NCBI GenBank assembly: GCA_044892505.1
Contig: CM097882.1
Span: forward strand, 440,138,001 to 440,202,000
DNA from: Schmidtea nova
Lineage: Eukaryota
DNA: 64,000 nt
Direction of reading: 5' to 3'
The notes beneath the pieces were generated by a model, which did no database searches, was not told where the DNA came from, and saw only the letters and a program-made list of their open reading frames with translations. The stretch's first letter is position 1, and each line of letters opens with the position of its first letter. A program made the translations under genes and the position numbers. Below are positions 10,101 through 19,604 of this stretch, piece by piece.

Positions 10101-13100
10101 AAAGAGGCAATGAAACCACTCAAATTAGAACTCATAGAGCTAGAAAAAAGATTAGAGTTTAAAGAAATCAACGATATGGACAGTAATGGTATATATACGA
10201 GAGAAGCTATAGAGAGTGCAAGAAAACACATGCTATTTCCAAACGAAAAAGAAAGAGTACTTTCAATAATGGTTAACAGAGTTATCGAAGGAAGTTACGG
10301 AGGAAATTACAACTTTGATGTGTTATTATCAAAAGAATACTTCAAAAAAGTAGCATATAAAGTACTATATAGCATATGGGGATACTTTGCAGTCCTTGGA
10401 AACATGTTTTCTACAATCTTAGGTATATATTATACGGTTGCATTACTAAAAATGATATGCTCTTCTCTAGTATCACTGAGACAGCTAAAACAAGTATTTG
10501 GAAATTCATATAAATTATTAGCATGTTTGTGCCCATTTATAGCTAAATATCTTATTACGGCGAAACACGACAAGGAAATACGTTTAATAAAAGTCCAAAG
10601 GAATGAAGAAAGGCAATTACTGGTAGATGATGAAAACGATGAGGAAATAATTAAAGCGCATATATCACATGAAGGAAATGTACCACAACAAGGACTATAT
10701 GAGAACCAAAGAGAACAACTAAAAGAGCTACAAGAAAATATAGAAATCAAAATTCCTAGAGAAAACAAGAATTGTCACTGTGAACCTAAAAAGATATATG
10801 GTTGTTATAGCTTAGAAGTCGAAACAATGGAACGATTAGATGCAGCAAACGAAGCAAGACCAAGACTTAGAATAATTATAAACAATATAATCATAAATGC
10901 ATTAGTAGATACAGGAGCAGCAACATCCTTAATTAGAGAAGATCAACTGACAGATGATCAAAAAAGAAATATTATGAGCACAACGGATAAAGTAGTATCG
11001 TTATCAGCACATCGTATTCCACTAAAGGGAGACATAGAACTAATAGTCGAAACACCAGAACAGGTAATAAACCACATATTTAAAGTGGTGCAAGAATGTA
11101 ATAGCATATGTATATTGGGAATCGATATACTCAACAAGCTAGAAAATTGCATTATAGATTTAACAGATAATACGATAAAGAGAAAAGCAATTAAACATAA
11201 ATCCAAGTTCACAGAAGTTGTTGCATTAGAAGCATTTGAATTGGAATATGAATGCGATCATATAATTCCCTTAAAAGTTAACATCAAAAGTGAGGACACT
11301 TTTATTTTTGAGCCAGAAACGGCAATTATACAAAATCAGAATATAATGCTAACCAATGAATGCGTAATTCCGAGAAAGGGAACAATACCATTGAGAATAG
11401 CAAATTATGAAAAAAGTAATGTTAAAATACACAAAAGTACGAAATTGGGAAAATTATTCAAAGGTGAATTAGAAAAAACGTACGAAGTCAGTGAGATAAG
11501 CGTGATGAATAATAACGGCAAGGGAGTAGTCGAACCTAGTAAGATAAATAATATAAAATCATATGACAAAGTAAAAATTAATAATGAATACTTAACAATA
11601 ACACAACAAGCACAACTACAAACATTGATAGATAAATATAGTGATGTTTTTGCAAAACACGAATTTGATCTAGGAGATACCGATATAATCAAACATGTAA
11701 TAGATACAGGTAATGCGAGACCAATAAAACAAAGACCATACAGCGTACCATACAAGTTAAGAGAGGAAATAAAACGACAAATCAAAGAACTAAACGATGC
11801 AGGTGTAATAAAACAGAGTTTTTCACAGTGGGCATCACCCATTGTACCCGTTAAAAAGAAAGACGGAGAAATAAGAATGTGCATTGACTATCGTAAATTA
11901 AATGATGTAACAGTAAAAGACTCATACCCATTCCCAAAAGCACAAGAGCAATACGATAAACTTAGGGATGCTAAGTATTTTTCAGTTATTGACGCAAATA
12001 AGGGATATATGCAAATTCAAATGGAGGAAGGGGATGCGGAAAAAACAGCATTTGTTATCGAGGATGGTTTATATGAGTACACACGATTACCTTTCGGGTT
12101 AACTAACGCACCAGCTACATTTCAGCGCCTAATGAACACAATATTAGTAAATGTACAACATTGCGCAGTTTACATGGATGATATACTAATATCATCAAAA
12201 ACATTTGAGGAACACTTAAAAGATATAACAAATGTACTCGAGAGACTAAGAAAAGCAAAAATTAAAATTAAACCAACTAAGTGTAAATGGGCAGAACCTT
12301 CGGCGTTATTTCTAGGGCATATAGTTACAGTAGAAGGGATAAAACCAAATCCAGAAAAAATAGAAGTTGTAAAGAAATTCCCAATACCAAAAACAGTACA
12401 ACAAGTACAAGGGTTTTTAGGTCTAACAGGGTACTATCGTAAATTCATACAAGATTATGCAAAGATAGCATCACCGATAATAGAACTAACAAAGGGAATT
12501 AGAACAAAAGGAGAGTGCAAAAATGTGCTAATAGTACAAGAAATTAACAGCAAAGTTAACAAGATACAAAAGAAGTTGACAAAGGAACACCAAGAAGCAT
12601 TCAATAAACTAAAAGAAAGATTGATAACAGCACCCGTGTTAAGATACCCAGATTTCGAAAAACAGTTTATAGTAATGACGGAGCGCAGCGGGAAAGCCGT
12701 AGGAGCAGTCTTAGGCCAAGAAGAAGAAAAAGGGAAAGATTACGTAATAGCATATGCCAGTAAAACATTAAAAGGAGCACAGCTGAGGTATTCAACAATA
12801 GAAAAAGAATGTTACGCAATAGTATTCGCCCTAAAACAATTCAAACCATACATATATGGGACTGAAGTGATAATAAGAACTGACCATAAACCATTAGAAG
12901 GTTTATGGAAACATAAAGATACATCAAGTAGATTACTTAAATGGGCAATGAAAATACAAGACATGCACCTAAAAATTATATATAAACCAGGTAGAATAAA
13001 TAAAAACGCAGATGCACTATCAAGAATACCAGAATTAGGAGCACTTGAAATATTTGCACTAGTAGCAGAAAAACCAATCGATATATATGAGGAACAGATG

Positions 13101-15116
13101 AAAGACCCAGAGATCAGTAAAATAAAAAATGAAATCAGAAAAGAAAACAATTCAAAGTATAAAATATCAAAGAAATTAGTAGTAATAGAAGATTTCAATG
13201 GTAAGCAACTAATAGTAGTACCTCAGAAATTAAGACAAATACTCCTACTACAATATCACGATGGAGCATTAGGAGGTCACTTATCATCTAGAAAGACAGC
13301 AAGTAGATTATTACAAAAATATTACTGGGAAGAATTAAAGAAAGATGTTAAGAGATGGTGTAACGCGTGTACAATATGTGCAACAAGAAAAAATACAGGT
13401 ACAAAAACAAAAGCGCCGTTACATCCCATTCCAGCAACGACATCACCAATGGAACTATGTGCAATGGATTTTCTATGTAAATTACCTACTACAATTAATG
13501 GGAATAAACATATACTAGTATTTAGTGATTATTTTACTAGATGGGCAGAAGCATTTCCAACAAAAGACGAAACAGCAGAAACAGTTGCTAAATTGCTTAT
13601 AGAAAAAATTATTTTCAAGATAGGCACACCCAAAAGATTATTAACAGATAAAGGAACAAATTTTACTAGTGAATTAATAAAACGAGTAGCTAATATTTTT
13701 AACATGCAAAAGATCAACACAACAGCGTATCACCCTCAAACGGATGGACTAGTAGAAAGATTTAATGGGACATTACTAAGCAGACTAGCTGTTTTTGTAG
13801 GAAAAATTCAAAATGATTGGGACGAATACATAAGTCAATGCACATACATTCATAATATCACTCCAAACGAAACAACAGGGTATTCACCGTATTATTTAAT
13901 GTTTTTAAGAGAACCAGCAACACCAATAGATACAATATTTGAACCTCGAGTATCACAATATTTAGATGCACCAGATTATGTCACATTAATGCAGGAAAAA
14001 CTGCAAGAAGTGTATAAAGTAGCCAATCTAAAAGTCAAATATAGACAAGAACAGTACAAAGCCGACTACGACAAAAATAGTAAACCACACAACTTTAAAA
14101 TAGGTGATAAGGTTAGACTTATGTCACCACAAGTAGGAAAGGGAAAGACAACAAAACTAGCAAGACCATATAAAGGCCCATATGAGGTAGTAAAAGTAAT
14201 AAATGAGAATTTACACTTACAAAAGCATAAAAACGAGGACCCAATAGTAGTACATGTCAACAGATGCAAGTTGGCGGAAGCCGAGGTCACGATAGATAAA
14301 CCTCACAAGTATAATCTAAGATCTCATAACAAACTAATAATATCGGCTATCTTCTTAACAATCATAACAATTGTTGGCTCAACCGAAACAATAGAATTTG
14401 ACAAAGTATTAATAAAAATATCAACAAACAAAGTTAGAGCATTTATCATAAATAGAGGAGTAATTGATGTATACATGCAAACAACGAATGGGAAAAACCC
14501 AAAGATGATAAAAGGAAAAGACGACAGAACAACCAACGAAATCGAAAGAGGAAACTATATTAATTTCACAAAACTAACACCTAATACAATATACAGAATC
14601 TGCATACAGAGAAACACAGATACAACAACATGGAGATGCAAAGAAATAAAAACAGAACAATTACCCAAGAATATAACAAAAAACCATAACATAACAAAAA
14701 CACTCGATAGAATAAAAAGCACAACAACGACATCAGATAATATACTAAATACCACACCACATACAAACGAAATAACAACAAGCACTGGAATAGCCAAATT
14801 CCAAAAACAATACAATGCCAAAAAACAAAAACAAGAACCTATCAAAATAAGGCAAGGAAGACCAATAGTGATACATAACTTAGAGGAACTACAAGCATTT
14901 CGTAAAGAGGATAAAAAGCCACATTGGCCTTATTATGTCATCACAACATCAATAATATCATTAGCAGTTTTAGCTTTAATAACTAGCGTACAAATTTATA
15001 AAAAGTACAAGTGGAAAAGGCAGCGGTATCGGAGCCGACTGGTCAGAAATGTACCAGGGCATTTCCATTTGGGCAAATATATACCAGGTGAATATACAAA
15101 ATCCACATTGGTATAA
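6000..15116 (+). CDS. Single Gag-accessory-Env-Pol-membrane polyprotein (~3038 aa) with one in-frame TGA at 6168-6170
   Basis: ORFs 5967-6170 and 6516-15116 are in the same frame. I translated 6171-6516 and it is open, giving a capsid-like sequence (AEACG*KTNELKQRIPLYLKGYALQAY...RYQGARESVGEY...QFWNGI). Confidence 0.93.
7650..7890 (+). other. Ubiquitin-like (beta-grasp) domain within the polyprotein
   Basis: LNVTIES...MHPCTKVSKLKRMVRAK...DVIKLYFNGIELLSDEYLIDYGI...NIVVA follows the Ubl pattern T.V..LK..I, L.F.G..L.D...L.DYGI. Confidence 0.75.
8121..8147 (+). other. AT-hook motif
   Basis: KRGRGRPRK contains the canonical GRP core with basic flanks. Confidence 0.85.
8240..8610 (+). other. Bcl-2-like domain (degenerate BH1, clear BH2)
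   Basis: ILFNTGIDKDKIITAMAYL is BH1-like and AIPWIKKKGGWKVL is BH2-like. G(8433) to W(8574) is 47 residues, the same as BCL2 G141-W188. Confidence 0.75.
8769..10560 (+). CDS. env: Envelope-type glycoprotein, chuvirus G-like, preceded by a signal-like segment (8707-8768) and ending in a TM (~10362-10470)
   Basis: AYDC start; cysteine pattern; GTFARIVGEVIQTFQCKPVSV...CTNELPV...YLQPITRIL...C; NGIY; WGYFAVLG...LGIYY TM block. Confidence 0.82.
10850..11190 (+). CDS. pol: Retropepsin aspartic protease
   Basis: ALVDTGAATSLI (catalytic D at 10908) and CILGIDIL. Confidence 0.95.
11630..12450 (+). CDS. pol: Reverse transcriptase
   Basis: WASPIVPVKKKDGEIRMCIDYRKLN, RLPFGLTNAPATFQ and YMDD (12171). 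Confidence 0.98.
12600..13030 (+). CDS. pol: RNase H (Ty3-type) with the first catalytic motif altered to TERS
   Basis: PVLRYPDF, FIVMTERSG (TDAS expected), YSTIEKECYAI, RTDHKPL, NADALSR. Confidence 0.92.
13230..14330 (+). CDS. pol: Integrase (HHCC, DDE, GPY/F)
   Basis: H(13257)...H...CTIC; MDFL, LTDKGTNF, TDGLVERFN; YKGPYEV; terminal YNLRS. Confidence 0.97.
14331..15116 (+). CDS. Second type-I membrane protein fused after integrase: signal, FN3-like domain, Thr-rich stalk, TM, basic tail
   Basis: KLIISAIFLTIITIVGS signal; FTKLTPNTIYRICIQ FN3-like motif; sequons NFT, NIT (x2), NTT; TM YYVITTSIISLAVLALITSVQIY; tail KKYKWKRQRYR. Confidence 0.72.
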   Translation, partial: KLIISAIFLTIITIVGSTETIEFDKVLIKISTNKVRAFIINRGVIDVYMQTTNGKNPKMIKGKDDRTTNEIERGNYINFTKLTPNTIYRICIQRNTDTTTWRCKEIKTEQLPKNITKNHNITKTLDRIKSTTTTSDNILNTTPHTNEITTSTGIAKFQKQYNAKKQKQEPIKIRQGRPIVIHNLEELQAFRKEDKKPHWPYYVITTSIISLAVLALITSVQIYKKYKWKRQRYRSRLVRNVPGHFHLGKYIPGEYTKSTLV

Positions 15117-15579
15117 TACGTTTTGGTCAATAATAATAATTAAAATCATATATATTCGTATTTATATAGCGTATAAGGTTAAACCGACAATACGCCTTAA
15201 ACAAAAAACTTTATCCTTTATTTTTAGAAAAGATTGCACGAGCAGAACAAAGCAAGTTCTAACAAACTCCGAAAACCCAATCAATCTCGTGAATTCTACA
15301 CATCAATCAAATCATTGCGACAACCATTCAAAAATCTCAATAAATACAATCATCTCTTTTTTAAACTATCACAACAAACAATCAAAAAACCCTACCAATC
15401 ATCTCCATACAAAATACCCAATCAATCTCGTCAATTCTATAAACCAATCGAATCGTTACGACAATTACCCATATATCTCAATATATTCAATTATATCTCT
15501 GTTAAACTGTCAAAACCCTATTAATCATCTCTCAAATCAATATCTCAAGAAATCAATTCGATATCAATCAAAAACAAGG

Positions 15580-17679
15580 ATGAATCAAAATCAACCTCAT
15601 TTCAATCAACCAAGAACCTACCAGAAATATACTTGTTTTATAAACAAACTAAACATGAGTTTTTACAAAAATCTACAGAACAAGATATGTACGGATGGAA
15701 CCCCAATTACAATTCGCAGTTTCCCAAATCAAATATGCATCCCAAATGACATGAAAGTCGAAATAGAAGAGCGGGAAATGCATCTGATAAAATTCAATGA
15801 GGCCCGAAGAGTGAAACTCAGAGAGCTTATTGGAACCTTCGACAAATACCAAAACGTCGACAAAGAAGTTGCAGAAAACAAGAGAATCCCTCACAGACTA
15901 ATATTCCACATGACAAAAACAGAAGTTGCAATATGTCAAAATAAAATCCCGTTAATTGTCACAAGCAACTGTTCAGCAGTTATCAAGTTAATAAGAAAAG
16001 ACAGAAGCATGTCAAACGATTTCAATGAGCTGACAGTGCAGATGAACAACCTACCATGTGTGATAGCAATCGAAGTGCTATATATCCCGACAATCCCAAA
16101 TCCGTTCATAAAATTAAACCCAATAAATTCAATCCTACAAATAAATGAAGATATGATCAATCAGAAGATATCATTCACGAATCAAGAGTTAACGACAGAA
16201 GAAAGGCATTCATTAACTGTAATGGTGGATATAAAAGTAGTTCAAGATATAAACAAAAATCTCAGACCAGTGGAAATTTGTATCAGAAGCAGAAAAGGAG
16301 CAATTCTGTATAACAAATTTATCACCCCAAGAACGAAAGTAGAAAAATTCTACACAGAAAAAACTAAAGCTACAAAAGAAAACATAATTGGAAATGAAGA
16401 CGAATATAAAGCCTTAAATGAAATTCGAAACATTCTCTATGGAAAGATCATAGTTGGATTCAACATCATAGATAAGTTAAAACTATTGACGATAGATCTG
16501 GACAACATTATGGGCATAAGAGAAATGGCACAGGATCGATTCATGTGTTCTTTTGTAAAAAACGTGGCCCCACCAAAAATAAAAATATCAAATTTGGCTT
16601 ACCAGGTAATCAACTACCATAAAAGTTGGCATAAAGATAAAAAGTTAAATGATATATTGAGACAACCAGAACCATTCTCAACAAAGATCACCACAATGCT
16701 ATTAAAAGTTATCTACGATATCACAGAAAATAAATGGGAAGAAGTTGTCAAATGGGATTCTGCAACACTTCTTAAAAGGAAACAAGTAAACGGAGAAGAA
16801 CAACTAGAAGCAATATTCGAAAACGAAACAGAGAGCGAAGCAGAAGGTGAGATAGAAAGTGAATATGAAGATGGAGAAGGCATGGAGCCGTCCCATGGGG
16901 TATCAACAAAAACCAATCATTACAAACCAAAAAAGTCATTCATGGAAGAGCTCATGGACAGTGACGACGATGAACTCATGATCATAAAAGAAGAAATACC
17001 ACTTATCGCCCCAACTAGAGAAATCAAAGCAGAACCAAAAATTCAAAATATTCTATATGAAAGAATGGACGAATGTGATATAGATGATGAATATTTCTCA
17101 GCAGATGAAAACATAGAAGAACCTTCAACCAGCAGTAACGACATCAAAATGGAAGAAGATAGTGAAGAACCATCAACAAGTAATAAATACAACATAATGG
17201 AAGAGGATATCGGACCAGAACCAAACGTTGAAATGTTAGCCGACTGGACAGAACCAGAAGAATCAGACTTCATAATAGACAAAGACAAAAAGTATGTCTC
17301 AGAAAAAGATCTCTGCACTCATTTTGGAAGACAAATTGAGCACGAGGAGACGATAAACCTTGCGATAAAAAATGGATTTCGAAAAACAACAATTCAAATA
17401 AAAGAGAAAAGAATTGATTTAATATTGTGTGACAAGGGTAATGAGGACATTACTTTGACGGCCCGGGGAGGAATGTTGGATGATGAAGGTAAGCCCATCA
17501 ATACATTCCTCCTATCAGAAAATTATAGTGTGGGGGGCAACAAATACAGAGTGAACATTTATGCAGAGCCTGTCGATAAGACCAATATTCAAAAAGAAAC
17601 AGAACCCAATATCAATCAGTACCCAGTGCACAATCAATCCAAGCACCAACCAAGATATCAACATCCATTTGATATTTGA
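15580..17679 (+). CDS. ORF2 accessory protein (~699 aa from the probable ATG; frame open from 14983) with a DEDDh/ISG20-REXO4-like fold and an acidic region, ending in the 3' LTR
   Basis: 876-aa ORF in the track. VMVDIKVV...GAILYNKFITP...LNEIRNILYGKIIVGFNI...L matches the REX4/ISG20 layout. E/D-rich region at ~16790-17290. Confidence 0.8.
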   Translation: MNQNQPHFNQPRTYQKYTCFINKLNMSFYKNLQNKICTDGTPITIRSFPNQICIPNDMKVEIEEREMHLIKFNEARRVKLRELIGTFDKYQNVDKEVAENKRIPHRLIFHMTKTEVAICQNKIPLIVTSNCSAVIKLIRKDRSMSNDFNELTVQMNNLPCVIAIEVLYIPTIPNPFIKLNPINSILQINEDMINQKISFTNQELTTEERHSLTVMVDIKVVQDINKNLRPVEICIRSRKGAILYNKFITPRTKVEKFYTEKTKATKENIIGNEDEYKALNEIRNILYGKIIVGFNIIDKLKLLTIDLDNIMGIREMAQDRFMCSFVKNVAPPKIKISNLAYQVINYHKSWHKDKKLNDILRQPEPFSTKITTMLLKVIYDITENKWEEVVKWDSATLLKRKQVNGEEQLEAIFENETESEAEGEIESEYEDGEGMEPSHGVSTKTNHYKPKKSFMEELMDSDDDELMIIKEEIPLIAPTREIKAEPKIQNILYERMDECDIDDEYFSADENIEEPSTSSNDIKMEEDSEEPSTSNKYNIMEEDIGPEPNVEMLADWTEPEESDFIIDKDKKYVSEKDLCTHFGRQIEHEETINLAIKNGFRKTTIQIKEKRIDLILCDKGNEDITLTARGGMLDDEGKPINTFLLSENYSVGGNKYRVNIYAEPVDKTNIQKETEPNINQYPVHNQSKHQPRYQHPFDI
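17465..17473 (+). promoter_or_regulatory. Polypurine tract
   Basis: GGGGAGGAA immediately precedes the TG of the 3' LTR. Confidence 0.9.
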
Positions 17680-18555
17680 TCGACATTTGATATTTAATAT
17701 TTGATCGACATTTGATATTTAATATTTGATCGACATTTGATATTTAATATTTGATCAACATTTGATATTATTATTGGGAATGTTATTTCTTGTATATATT
17801 TTAATTCTAGTGTAAATATTTGACATTGGATATTATTATTGAGAATGCGTTATATTATGTATATAATTTAGAAAATTATTATTAATATGTATGTACTTTT
17901 TATTCTTTTAAATGTATATAATTTAAAAAAATCATTATTAATGTTTATGCACTTTTTAATGAAATATTTTATTTTAATGGATGTTGAAATTATTTTATTT
18001 CAACCGATATAATTGTTGGAAAAATAGATAAATTATTTTAATTATTTTGTAAGCCAACATTCTGAAAATTGTTTTAATCGTTTGAAATTATTTTAATTAT
18101 TTTAATAACTAGTACGAAAAACTTTAGTATATAAAGAAGGGAAAATTTTTAAAATTTGCCCACAATTTTTGAAATTCATTTTGAATAAAATTTAGCGAAA
18201 CAAACTTTCTCAAAGGGTAATCCTGAGAGAACTTAAAATTTAAGAACAGCACAAAAACGTTCTACACAAAATTATTATCGTTAAAATAAACATAACACAT
18301 TCACTAAATAACAAGCACACAATAGGACACGCAAAAATATCCTTTAAATAAAACAGTGTGAAAATTTGAAATCGTAATTAATAGTTTTTGATTTGAAAGT
18401 GTAATTTGGTAACTTTTAGAGTAATTGAGAACTTTTGATTTTTAAACTTGGTAAATTTTATTATTGAATAAATTTTTCAAAAGACTTGATCTTATTTTTA
18501 TATACGATAGTCTACACCAGTGCACGTTGAGATCTAAAGATCTTGGACCTCAACA
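17474..18555 (+). repeat. 3' LTR (1082 bp)
   Basis: Matches the 5' LTR by eye except for an extra 9-bp ttattttaa copy near 18090-18105. Confidence 0.98.
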
Positions 18556-18574
18556 CTAACTTGTTGAATGTTAT

Positions 18575-19475
18575 ATTTCATCACCCGCGGAATTTTATGA
18601 AGATGATTTACCAGGACTACCTAAAGTGATTACCCGGGAATATCAGCTGTGGAAGATGAAATGGAGTTCAGTTAAAGAACATTTACCAACAACTGACATA
18701 GAAAGTTTATTTCTCTGTGATCAGAACTTGTTCCCAAATATCTATGCACTTCTTAAAATATTAGCAGTGCTACCTGTTTCTACAGCTTTAGTTGAAAAGG
18801 GCCTTCTCCACTCTACAACGTCTTAAAAGTTATTTAAGAAATACCATGTCGGAAAACCGTCTGGTAGGAATAGCTATAATGGCAATCCATCGGGACACAC
18901 ATATTTGCGATGATGAGGTATTGGACAAATATACTACTAATGCCAATGGTAAAGTCGAAAAACTATTTTAATTTTATAAACTTCTAACGACATACAGATA
19001 TTTTTAAATATTTACGCTTTTTCATTATTGAATATTTCATATTATATTTATGTTATTTTTCTGTAGTCTATAATTTTTAAACTTTTTTTGATTTTTTTTG
19101 ATTTTTTGTGATTTTTTTGTGATTTCTTTGTGAAATCTTGTCATATTTTTTTTAATTTTTTGTGATATTCTTTTTTGAAAAATAAATTACTTAAAAAACC
19201 TAACTGTCAAAACTTTTAGCCAACCTAGGGTGAACAATTCTCCAGTTTACACCCGGAGTCTCCGGGTTTTTTATTCCAATCTCTGGTTTGTGAAACAATT
19301 TCTCCGGTTTTACGGGTTTAGGGTTTTTGTATGGGTTTTGAGATTCATAACTACAATGCTGCAGCGGCCCTGTAAGGCGTAGCGTCCTTTTTGTGGCCCG
19401 CAAGGTGCCCCCAAAATTATTTTGCCTGCGACGTTGTTCCTTACGCGCAGCGCAATATTCGAAGTTTCACCACTG
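18575..19475 (+). mobile_element. hAT transposase C-terminal (dimerisation domain) remnant with a possible right end
   Basis: FYEDDLP...EYQLWKMKW...LFPNIYALLKILAVLPVST, then after a frameshift LKSYLRNTMSENRLVGIAIMAIHRD. Possible TIR ...ttcaccactg at 19475. Confidence 0.8.
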
Positions 19476-19533
19476 ATGTCTCTGGGTTGTGCTTAAAGTA
19501 AGCCTACTCGTTTTACAAATTCTGGATACGCCA

Positions 19534-19535
<2 letters not shown>

Positions 19536-19581
<46 letters not shown>
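19536..19581. repeat. (TA)n microsatellite
   Basis: Directly visible. Confidence 0.97.
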
Positions 19582-19586
<5 letters not shown>

Positions 19587-19604
19587 CGCCATACGAAACG
19601 AATT

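Larger units (their letters stand above)
4686..18555 (+). mobile_element. Full-length Ty3/gypsy (Metaviridae-type) LTR retroelement, 13,870 bp, with env-like and accessory genes
   Basis: Paired LTRs with TG...CA ends; 4-bp TSD CTAA at 4682-4685 and 18556-18559; PBS and PPT present; pol order PR-RT-RH-IN. Confidence 0.98.

Noticed and set aside
6685-14845. Many short antisense and alternate-frame ORFs inside the retroelement (Ile/Ser/Leu/Phe-rich)
   Set aside because: Shadow ORFs caused by the A-rich codon bias of the polyprotein; no motifs.
15049-15579. N-terminal 177 aa of the 876-aa track ORF as real protein
   Set aside because: Low-complexity N/S/I/H sequence from a G-poor duplicated region; more plausibly leader sequence. 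Kept only as an alternative in the findings.
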